Shown here: positions 56,728 to 64,000 of the stretch, piece after piece
Position numbering within the stretch: the first letter of the stretch is position 1
Layout: each line of letters opens with the position of its first letter
Assembly (NCBI GenBank): GCA_038897215.1
Contig: JAWAWX010000001.1
Location: 832,001-896,000 of the forward strand
Direction of reading: 5' to 3'
Length of the DNA: 64,000 bases
From: Acidilobaceae archaeon
GTDB lineage: Archaea > Thermoproteota > Thermoprotei_A > Sulfolobales > Acidilobaceae
The notes under the pieces: generated by a model
Seen by the model: the letters and a program-made list of their open reading frames with translations, nothing else
What the model was told of the DNA's origin: nothing
Database searches by the model: none
Program-made: the position numbers and the translations under genes

Positions 56728-57288
56728 CTACCAGAACTTAGCGAGGCCAAGAGCTAGCCCTATGATAGCTGAGACGACTATGAGTATCACGGGGTCTGCT
56801 CTAAGCAAGTGGAACGCTACGAAGCAGGCGAAAGCTATGAGAGCTGTCACCATGACCTGAGACTGGCTTAGCCCTGAGATGGACGCATTCGCTATCGATA
56901 TCAGTGCTCCAGCAACCAGCCCCACCACCGCCCCCCTGACTCCCTTGAGAGCACTCTGTACTAGAGGGCTGTCGTAGTACTTGAGGAGAGCGGACGCTAT
57001 AGCCAGTATTATCGCGAAAGCCGGCAGAGCTAGAGCCGTAGTCGCTACTAGAGCCCCAAGGATACCCGCCTTCTTGAAGCCAACGTAGGTAGCTATGTTT
57101 AGAGATATGGGTCCGGGGGTTGACTCAGCTATAGCCAGTATGTCTAAGAACTCCTTATCGCTGAGCCACTTCCTCTTAATGACGAGCTCATACTTAGCCA
57201 GAGAGATCATAGTGTAGCCTCCGCCCATCATGAAGAAACCGATCTTGAAGAAGACGAGGAAGAGTTCAGCGAGCACTCCGAAGTCCAA
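56728..57288 (-). CDS. chrA: Short-chain chromate transporter (CHR family)
   Basis: FFKIG...GGG, W....F....AIAESTPGP...N.AT.VG...G..GA. Confidence 0.9.
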   Translation of the reverse strand: MDFGVLAELFLVFFKIGFFMMGGGYTMISLAKYELVIKRKWLSDKEFLDILAIAESTPGPISLNIATYVGFKKAGILGALVATTALALPAFAIILAIASALLKYYDSPLVQSALKGVRGAVVGLVAGALISIANASISGLSQSQVMVTALIAFACFVAFHLLRADPVILIVVSAIIGLALGLAKFW

Positions 57289-57341
57289 AGCTAAGCCCTT
57301 CTAGCGCTCGATAAGGAAGAGAGGCTTAAATCTTGCTCCGT

Positions 57342-58883
57342 CTAGTCTCTGGGCCAGTATCTATCGTAGATCTCGCGGGCTCTCTCGAGAGCAGGCTCGA
57401 TGTAGGACTGGTAGTCGATAGCCTCTATGGCTACAGGCTCTAAGACTAGCTCTCTAAGCCAGAACACTCCGATTCCTAGAGCGAGGCTAGCTACTACGCT
57501 CAGAGAAGCGAGTAGCAACTGAGCTAAGACCCACATTCTCGCGCTATCTCTCTGCTCTGATGAGGCTCTCAGGATCGCTATGAGAGGCGCCAGACTACTG
57601 ACCACGACTGAGGCGGCGAATAGAGCTAGCGAAGCAGGCTTGTCTAAAAGAGCTAGGAGAGCTAGGAGCTTGCCGAAGAAGCTCGAGAACGGTGGAGCTC
57701 CAGCAGCTACCAGAGCTCCTGCTGTCGCTAAGAGAGGTCTTCCTATCGCCTGCGGGCTCTCCAGGATATCGCAGAGAGAGAAGAGAGCTATGGAGAGCAC
57801 TACGTGACTTAGAGCGAGATACACGAAAGCCTCGATAGCTCTAGGCCCGCCGGCTGAGAGCACGACGAAGATAATCCCCGCGTCCATAACCAGGTAGTAC
57901 GCCAGCATCCTCCTGAAGCTCTGCCTAGCTAGAATCGCTAGAGCTCCGTATACGACCCCGCCTAGCCCTAGAGCGAAGAGCGCCACCTTGACCGTGGCTA
58001 GAGCCTCGCCAGCGTAGGGATGGCTGGAGTGCACGGTGTAGAGCATCCTGGCCACCACGTACACAGCAACCACCTCCTTGCCTCCAGCTAAGAGTATCGC
58101 TACAGGCGTAGAGATCCTCTCGTAGAGGTCGGGCATCCAGAAGTGTAGAGGGAATAGCCCAGCTGAGAGCCCGAAAGCTAGCACGACGCTAGCCAGCAAC
58201 AAGCCCGAAGCCAGCTCGGGGCTCCCCGCGACCCCCCCGCTTATCATAGCGACCCCCGCGGAGTGCAGGGATTTTGCTATGTAGTCGGGTATGCTCAGCG
58301 TCCCGTAAGACCCGTAGACTGTTATCGCTACTATGAACATGTAGAATGCAACAACTAAACTCGAGCTGATGACATACCTGAAGGCTGCTCGGACGACTCT
58401 CCTATCGAGCCCGCCCACTACTGCTAAGCCGACGCTGGCTACGCTAACAACCTCCCACATGACGAAGAGGTGGAAGAAGTCGGCCGTGAAGAGAACTCCT
58501 AGCAGACCAGCCTCCACGACTAGAGCGAACGCCTGGAAGAGTATCTTGGAGCCAGGAGAGCCTCTTGAAAGCCAGAAGACAGCTATGGAGATCGTGGTCG
58601 TGAGAGATACTAGCAGAGCTATAGTAAAGCTCAGAGAGTCAGCCACGTAGACTATGCCGAGAGGGAGCGGCCAGCCTCCAAACATGTAGACTAGAGGCTC
58701 TCCTCCCATTAGAGTTGTGTGAGCAAAACCAGCGATGACTAACACTGTGACTAGAAGCTGGGCTATGGAGAAGACGGAGACCGCATAGGCGACTCGGAGC
58801 GCTCCAGGTAGCACTATTCCCGCGAGGCTAGCGAAGCTCGCGGCGAGCAAGATTATGGGAGTAGTTAAAGCTAGCTCCTTCAC
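57342..58883 (-). CDS. mnhD: Mrp/Mbh antiporter subunit D (MnhD/MbhH-like)
   Basis: Y.FGGW..PLGI...D, D.F.LFV.WE, FPLHFW.PD, RRMLAY, G.PP...F.GK. Confidence 0.85.
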   Translation of the reverse strand: MKELALTTPIILLAASFASLAGIVLPGALRVAYAVSVFSIAQLLVTVLVIAGFAHTTLMGGEPLVYMFGGWPLPLGIVYVADSLSFTIALLVSLTTTISIAVFWLSRGSPGSKILFQAFALVVEAGLLGVLFTADFFHLFVMWEVVSVASVGLAVVGGLDRRVVRAAFRYVISSSLVVAFYMFIVAITVYGSYGTLSIPDYIAKSLHSAGVAMISGGVAGSPELASGLLLASVVLAFGLSAGLFPLHFWMPDLYERISTPVAILLAGGKEVVAVYVVARMLYTVHSSHPYAGEALATVKVALFALGLGGVVYGALAILARQSFRRMLAYYLVMDAGIIFVVLSAGGPRAIEAFVYLALSHVVLSIALFSLCDILESPQAIGRPLLATAGALVAAGAPPFSSFFGKLLALLALLDKPASLALFAASVVVSSLAPLIAILRASSEQRDSARMWVLAQLLLASLSVVASLALGIGVFWLRELVLEPVAIEAIDYQSYIEPALERAREIYDRYWPRD

Positions 58884-58893
58884 GTACCGCCAC

Positions 58894-59418
58894 CTAATCT
58901 ATTATTCTACGAACATAGTCCTCCATCCACCCAACGATCTCTCTCTTGGCTACATCGTCGCTGAGCGCTTCAGGGTTAAGCCAGTGGACGTGTAGAATGC
59001 CCTCAGGCCCTTTCTTCTCAAAGTCCACTACAGCAGTCCCCGGCGTGCTGGTTATGAGGTGAGCTAGAGCAGCGAGAGTGTACTCACTACCATAGACCCT
59101 AACTGGGACTATCGCCGCGCTGATCTGACTCCGGGGGTCTAGTATGGCTTTAGCTATCTTGAGATGAGATGTGGCCATTGCTAGGAGGAATCGCGCGTTT
59201 AGGATAACGAAGAGAGCGACCCTACGGGGGTCTATCGCTTTGTATGGGTTGAAGGGGAGGAACTCTGAGAGAGCTATGGCCACCACTAGAGTGACTGCAG
59301 CTACCTTGACTAGAGCCTCGACGAGAGGCTCGTAGGGTGAGGTAAATGCTATCGTGTAAGCGGAGGCGAATAAAGCCCAGAGGACTAGCGTTCTGAGCAC
59401 TCTCTCCCTCCAGCTCAT
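58894..59418 (-). CDS. mnhE: Mrp subunit E (MnhE/MbhA)
   Basis: A.LA..IT.TPGT..VD...L.VHW; start ATG 59418 overlapping the mnhC stop. Confidence 0.88.
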   Translation of the reverse strand: MSWRERVLRTLVLWALFASAYTIAFTSPYEPLVEALVKVAAVTLVVAIALSEFLPFNPYKAIDPRRVALFVILNARFLLAMATSHLKIAKAILDPRSQISAAIVPVRVYGSEYTLAALAHLITSTPGTAVVDFEKKGPEGILHVHWLNPEALSDDVAKREIVGWMEDYVRRIID

Positions 59419-59783
59419 TCTCCCGCACTCTCCTCGCGCTCTATCTGAGTAGCCAGGAACGTCATGAGGACCAGCGACGCCAGCCCCACTACTAGAGCCG
59501 TTATCACCAAGCACTGAACTAGAGGGTCTACGGAGCTCTCTACAACAGTCTCTAGAGCTGTCTCGCCAGCCTTGGGCACGATGGGAGGCAGAGGCTTTTC
59601 GCTAGCTATCCTGTAGCCTAAGAAGACTATCGTTATGCAGAACAGGTCTGCGAGCATTGAGAAGGCTACTATCCTACTGAGACTATGAGACCTCACTGCT
59701 ACCCCGTAAAGCGCTGCCGCCATGGAGGCGATGAGGATCGCGTAGACTGAAGCTCTGAAAGCTAGACTCTCCCAGGACTCCAT
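59415..59783 (-). CDS. mnhC: Mrp subunit C (MnhC/MbhG)
   Basis: DPLVQCLVITALVVG. Confidence 0.88.
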   Translation of the reverse strand: MESWESLAFRASVYAILIASMAAALYGVAVRSHSLSRIVAFSMLADLFCITIVFLGYRIASEKPLPPIVPKAGETALETVVESSVDPLVQCLVITALVVGLASLVLMTFLATQIEREESAGE

Positions 59784-60829
59784 CTCAGCCTCCTCCTTAT
59801 CCCGGAGTAGACCTCCTCGGGGGCCAGGAGGAGGAGGAAGGCTAGAGAGAAGCCGCTCGCTGTCACCACCGCCTCGAGGACATCGTATATCTTTATGGAC
59901 TTGTCTATGCTCACGAAGAAAAAGTCTATTCTGAAGCCTCCGAACTCGAGCCAGGGCTTAGCTTGGTTCTGTAGAGCTGCCCCTCCTAGAGCTATGGGAG
60001 CAAGAGCTACCAGAGCTAGACCCAGGACTCCTAGCGTGAGCCCTGCTGCTAGCCTCCACTCCTTGAAGCCTAGCCGCCTGAAGTAGAGTCCCGAGAATGC
60101 AGCCATGAGTATCGCTGGGGCTATCGCTAGAGTGACGCCACTCTGAAAGCCCCCGCCCGGGAGGTGGTCTGATAGAAGTAGAGCGATCGCTACTACGATA
60201 GTGATCGCTGAGACTATCTTGACGCTGATCTTCGACAACACTGAAAGCTCTACTTCTCTCTCCTTACCCGACTTCAGCTTGAGGAATCTAAAGGAAGCAA
60301 CTCCAGCCAGGATGGCGACAGTGAGCACTGTTATCTCGAAGAGCGTGTCTACACCCCTGTAGTCCCAGAGTATGGAGACTACTACCTTGTTCTCCCCGCT
60401 CCACCAATCTCTCGCTGTCTCGTTGTAGGCTATCTGGAGATACCTCTTTCCCAGCTCCTTGATCTCCTCTGAAGGAGACCCGCCCGTCACATCGTAGACT
60501 ATCACGGATAACGCTATCAGAGCTGCGATAAGCGCGAAGAGAGTCGAGGAGGCTAGCTTGAAGGACCTCGCGGGCTCTCCGCGAGTCTCGTGCCTCGGCG
60601 TTCTTCTAAGAGCGTCGACGAATAGTATTGTGTAGGCTCCAACGCTTATAGGGAGGTACACTAGGACTAGCTCTGGAGCTTGGAAGACCACTAAAGCCAT
60701 GACAAGAGATAGCGATTGAAGAGAAGACTTTACTATCAGTTTGAGCACGTCTCTCTCTAAGACCGCTGAGAGGGTAGCTGTGAAGCAGATGAGTAGGAAG
60801 TAGAGCAGGATAACCTCGTCTAGCCTCAT
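59762..60829 (-). CDS. mnhB: Fused DUF4040 + MbhE-like + MnhB subunit
   Basis: ERD......APE (DUF4040), V.SILWDYRG.DTL.E, PGGGFQ.G. Confidence 0.85.
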   Translation of the reverse strand: MRLDEVILLYFLLICFTATLSAVLERDVLKLIVKSSLQSLSLVMALVVFQAPELVLVYLPISVGAYTILFVDALRRTPRHETRGEPARSFKLASSTLFALIAALIALSVIVYDVTGGSPSEEIKELGKRYLQIAYNETARDWWSGENKVVVSILWDYRGVDTLFEITVLTVAILAGVASFRFLKLKSGKEREVELSVLSKISVKIVSAITIVVAIALLLSDHLPGGGFQSGVTLAIAPAILMAAFSGLYFRRLGFKEWRLAAGLTLGVLGLALVALAPIALGGAALQNQAKPWLEFGGFRIDFFFVSIDKSIKIYDVLEAVVTASGFSLAFLLLLAPEEVYSGIRRRLRWSPGRV

Positions 60830-61197
60830 CCGCTCCCCTCTAGCCTCTCTCTCAGAGAGTCTCTTAGCAAACCCACGGGTTTGACCTCACCGCTCCTATA
60901 CGCTGCTCTAGCTAGAGCGTGAGACGCTACAGCTGACACGACCACGATGGTGACCGATGTGAGTAGACATGTAGCGAATATCGTGAAACGTATTGCGCTC
61001 AAGCTGTCGACGCCTAGAGCTAGAAGACCGATGCCTAGTAGCGGTAGAGACGCTCCACCAATAGCGCCTATGGTGGCAGCGTGAAGCCTAGAGTAGAAGT
61101 CCGGCAGTCTCTGGAACCCTATGGCTGCAATCAGGTCGAAGAGAGCCCCCACAGTAGCCAGAGCCAAGCCCGCGGCTACTACCAGAGTGTCGATCAA
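60826..61197 (-). CDS. mnhG: Mrp subunit G (MnhG/MbhC)
   Basis: G..RLPDFYSRLHAAT, SHALARAAY. Confidence 0.9.
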   Translation of the reverse strand: MIDTLVVAAGLALATVGALFDLIAAIGFQRLPDFYSRLHAATIGAIGGASLPLLGIGLLALGVDSLSAIRFTIFATCLLTSVTIVVVSAVASHALARAAYRSGEVKPVGLLRDSLRERLEGSG

Positions 61198-61520
61198 GAC
61201 GCTTCAACCCTCCGTGCAGCCCTGTACTCCAAGTATTTGGCCACGTAGAGGTCCATAGTGAAAGTCCAGAGAGCTAGGAAGAGTGAGGCTACAGCCGGGT
61301 AGTGAGACCTGTAATATATAGCGAGAACGGCTAGAAAGAAGCAGGTGTTAAACGAGAGGCTCGATAGAGCCAGAACCATGTCGGGGACCGTGGGGCCTCT
61401 CAGCACTCTGATGATGTAGAGGATGGAGGAGACTATGTAGAGAGGTACGATCACGTAAGCTAGATAAGCGTCAACTAGTCCCGCTAAGCTCAACCACGTG
61501 TCACCACAATGCTCCCCCAT
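61194..61520 (-). CDS. mnhF: Mrp subunit F (MnhF/MbhB)
   Basis: R..RGPT.PD.VLA, AKYL. Confidence 0.88.
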   Translation of the reverse strand: MGEHCGDTWLSLAGLVDAYLAYVIVPLYIVSSILYIIRVLRGPTVPDMVLALSSLSFNTCFFLAVLAIYYRSHYPAVASLFLALWTFTMDLYVAKYLEYRAARRVEAS

Positions 61521-61522
61521 TC

Positions 61523-62860
61523 TCAGCCTATAAACCTAGTGAAATACGCAGCGAGAACAAACCCTCCAGCTATTAGAACGAGAGAGAGAAGAGAGACCGA
61601 GACCAGCGTTAGAGCCGGTGAGGCCCTGGGCTCCGCCTCAGTCTCTGATCTCACCCAGACCACGTAGATGAATCTGACAGCTATGGCTACAGCTAGAGCT
61701 AGGCCTAGTGCTAAGAGAGCCGCTATAGCTATAGACATCGTGCACTCAGAGGGAGCCATGAGGATCAAGAAAAGTTCGCTGAAGAACTTGAGGGATGGCG
61801 GTGAGGGGAGTATCATGAAGAGCGTTGTCAAACCTATCGTGTACAAGACTGGGTGAGACCTAGCGCTACCTCTCAGCTTGTCTAGAAGCATGTCTCCCGA
61901 CGTCTTCTCCAACGCTCCAGAAAGCAGAAACCACGCTGACTTCGATATAACGTAGGCTACAACGTAGTAGCCGGCTATGTCTAGTAGCTTGAGAGAGTCA
62001 ACTGGGTCCTCGAGAACAGAGGCCGCTAGAACCAAGAGGACGGCGTTAGCGTGCGCTATAGAGGAGAAGGCTAGGACTTCTCTCGAGGTCTTAGATGCTA
62101 GACCTTGTAGAGACGCGTACACCATCGACAAGGCTCCTATCGCTGAAAGCAAGAGAGCTAGGCTAGACTCGCAGCCTGCTTCTCGTAGAGCTGGCAGTAT
62201 TAGAGTTCTACCCGCTACTTCTAGCATGAAGAGCATTGTCGCGCCCTCGAGAGAGACCGCGATAACTCCGAGATGAGGGGGGACAGCTGAGTATACGAGA
62301 ACAAGCCAATAGTGGAGAGGTATGGCTGGCAGTTTCAGGATGAGACCAGCGGCTATGAGCGCTCCTGCTAGAAGAGACCCCTCTCTCTCAAAGTCTTCAA
62401 ACCAGAAGCTGGCTCTCTCAGAGTAGGCTATGAGCACGCCTAGAGCTATGACTATGCCCGAGGCTACAGTAAAAACTGCTAGGAGCATTGCTGCAGTAGA
62501 GGCTCGTTCTCGAGCTCTAAAGAGGTAGAGGATTAGGGGGAAGCTGGAGAGCTCGTAGAAGACAAGCCACGCTACGAGATGCCTCGAGGCAGCAGCTAGG
62601 ACTAAGAGGAGAGCCGTGAGGACAAAGAGGGCTACCGTAGTTGCTCTATCTTCTCTCTCGAAGTCCCCCATGGCCAAGATGGATGATAGCACGGCTATGG
62701 TTATCGCTACGACTACTAGGAGAGAGGCTCCACTGAGATGAAAAAGAGAGGAGCTAGAGCTATCGCTAGAACCCTGAGAGACCGCGAGAAGAACTAGCGC
62801 TGACATGAGGGCAGCTACGAGTACGAGTCTAAAGCCGGTAACGGAGCCCAACTGTTTCAC
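61523..62860 (-). CDS. Antiporter-like membrane subunit (NuoM/MnhD-like, short)
   Basis: FYEL, KLP..PLH.WL, LAFSS..H, PP...F.SE. Confidence 0.8.
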   Translation of the reverse strand: MKQLGSVTGFRLVLVAALMSALVLLAVSQGSSDSSSSSLFHLSGASLLVVVAITIAVLSSILAMGDFEREDRATTVALFVLTALLLVLAAASRHLVAWLVFYELSSFPLILYLFRARERASTAAMLLAVFTVASGIVIALGVLIAYSERASFWFEDFEREGSLLAGALIAAGLILKLPAIPLHYWLVLVYSAVPPHLGVIAVSLEGATMLFMLEVAGRTLILPALREAGCESSLALLLSAIGALSMVYASLQGLASKTSREVLAFSSIAHANAVLLVLAASVLEDPVDSLKLLDIAGYYVVAYVISKSAWFLLSGALEKTSGDMLLDKLRGSARSHPVLYTIGLTTLFMILPSPPSLKFFSELFLILMAPSECTMSIAIAALLALGLALAVAIAVRFIYVVWVRSETEAEPRASPALTLVSVSLLSLVLIAGGFVLAAYFTRFIG

Positions 62861-63768
62861 CTAACGGCAAGCAACACTCCTAGCATTAATGCTAAAGCTA
62901 CAAAGGCTATTGCTATCACGTGATGCCCCAGCTCTGCTCTCACATAGCTCTCTAGAAGTGGGGGGAGGCGAGCGAAAGCGCTTCCAAGAAGCCCATAAGG
63001 TGCTCTTAGCGACTCCTCGATTATCCTCGATGCTCTGACAACCTCTCCGAGTCCTCTCTCGAAGAAAACAACTATAGCCATGACTGTTGAAGTCATGGCG
63101 CTAAAGCCCCAAACAGCTAGAGCTCTAGCTGGGTCCACGTTTTGGATCACGTGTGCTAGGAGAGTAACGGCTTTCGACAAGTCTATGTGCTGAAGAGTAA
63201 ACGCTAGACTACGCAATGCTCTCAAAGGGCCCTTGACGAGCTTGATATAAGAGGCTAGACGAGCGCTCAATACTCTCCTATCTGGTTTCGAGATAACGAG
63301 AGCTAGAGTCAGCAGGATAGCTAGAGTAGTGGAGAGAGCTACATGCGGTCTGTTTAGACTAGTGGCAACTACTATAGCCCACATTGATGAGAGAGCGGCC
63401 TGTCTAGCAACCCTAGGAGCTAGAGGAGACTCCTTCTCGTCAGCCGAGGCCAACAAAAGCCCGGCTGTTGAGGCAACGATAGCTAGGATAGCTAGAGGAA
63501 GCTCTAGGTGGATGTGGACTACGACTATCGAGTAGTAGGGTGCAGCTAGGAGAATGAATACGAGTAGAGCATCGTAGAGAGCTATATCGAACTCGTCGAA
63601 GAGACCTCTGTAGAAACTCCTGGCTAGAGACATCACGTAAGCTGAGAGAGCTAGAGATGCTAGAAGCTCCTGAGCTAGATGACTCCCGGAGAGAGCTAGA
63701 GGAGCAGTCGCTACAGCTAAGAGAGCTAGAGATGTCTCTACTCCGGTGAGAAACCTCGAGACGCGCAA
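62857..63768 (-). CDS. Hypothetical membrane protein coupled to the Mrp cluster
   Basis: Several TM helices, a long amphipathic segment and a final TM; GTGA overlap with the downstream gene. Confidence 0.6.
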   Translation of the reverse strand: MRVSRFLTGVETSLALLAVATAPLALSGSHLAQELLASLALSAYVMSLARSFYRGLFDEFDIALYDALLVFILLAAPYYSIVVVHIHLELPLAILAIVASTAGLLLASADEKESPLAPRVARQAALSSMWAIVVATSLNRPHVALSTTLAILLTLALVISKPDRRVLSARLASYIKLVKGPLRALRSLAFTLQHIDLSKAVTLLAHVIQNVDPARALAVWGFSAMTSTVMAIVVFFERGLGEVVRASRIIEESLRAPYGLLGSAFARLPPLLESYVRAELGHHVIAIAFVALALMLGVLLAVR

Positions 63769-63777
63769 CTAGCCTCC

Positions 63778-64000
63778 CTACAGGGTCCTCGTCTCGTTGC
63801 TTACGCGCACGTAGCTAGACCTCCATATGTGGAGAGGTATGTCGTAGCGCTGTAAGTCGTGAGGACTAACGCCCCTCTTGACATACGATGCCTCTACTAG
63901 CCCTACTACTAGCCTATGGTCTCCTCCTAGCTCTATGTCGCTGTGAAGCTTGGCCTCGATGACGGCTACGGATTCAGCGATTATGGGCGCTCCGATCACC
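63778..64000 (-). CDS. Flavin reductase family protein, C-terminal part (5'-truncated)
   Basis: AP.I.E....IE.......GDH.LVVG.V. Confidence 0.85.
   Translation of the reverse strand, partial: VIGAPIIAESVAVIEAKLHSDIELGGDHRLVVGLVEASYVKRGVSPHDLQRYDIPLHIWRSSYVRVSNETRTL

Noticed and set aside
55867-56757. 296-aa plus-strand ORF and the 5' extension of the 308-aa minus ORF
   Set aside because: Antisense shadow of the DUF996 membrane gene (R/A/S-rich); the DUF996 N-terminus begins at 56456.
296-63535. Numerous short antisense or alternative-frame ORFs in the track (e.g. 8339-8791, 27508-28023, 32153-32749, 55025-55597)
   Set aside because: They overlap well-supported genes, are S/L/T/R-rich and have no motifs; explained by codon bias.
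1-64000. CRISPR arrays, IS elements, integrases, inteins, tRNA introns, rRNA
   Set aside because: No regularly spaced repeats, transposase or recombinase motifs, or oversized conserved genes were seen; both tRNAs are contiguous.

Overview
This is a gene-dense chromosomal window of about 52-55% GC (visual estimate) from a thermophilic crenarchaeon (Thermoprotei, probably Desulfurococcales/Acidilobales-like; inferred from gene content and tRNA style). It is mostly housekeeping: an A1AO ATP synthase cluster split into two divergent arms around tRNA-Thr(GGT); the psmB-aCPSF1-PAPS-reductase-like cluster; NMD3-aIF1A-Rio1-Dim2; a nucleoside ABC transporter with a PurR-like regulator and SAM hydrolase; class II LysRS, Trm5, RtcA, NadM, Lhr, NAD kinase, Nob1, HDAC and alanine dehydrogenase; and an Mrp/Mbh-type Na+/H+ module. 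I saw no CRISPR array, rRNA, transposase or integrase. Five signals are not explained by the ORF track. (1) Several unannotated box C/D guide sRNAs: one has a 13-nt guide matching the 16S decoding site, and one has a C' box that is the start codon of tsaA. (2) Four antiporter-like (MrpA/D, NuoL/M/N) subunits, each altered at a different conserved charged residue, two of them forming an isolated pair with complementary losses. (3) A formate dehydrogenase operon collapsed by deletion, leaving an intact cytochrome b. (4) A membrane-anchored, apparently dead HerA/VirB4-like protein divergent from lhr. (5) Strong over-representation of CTAG/AGCT/TCGA words. All calls are by eye, and the rRNA target matches use remembered crenarchaeal consensus sequences, so they need checking against this organism's rRNA.
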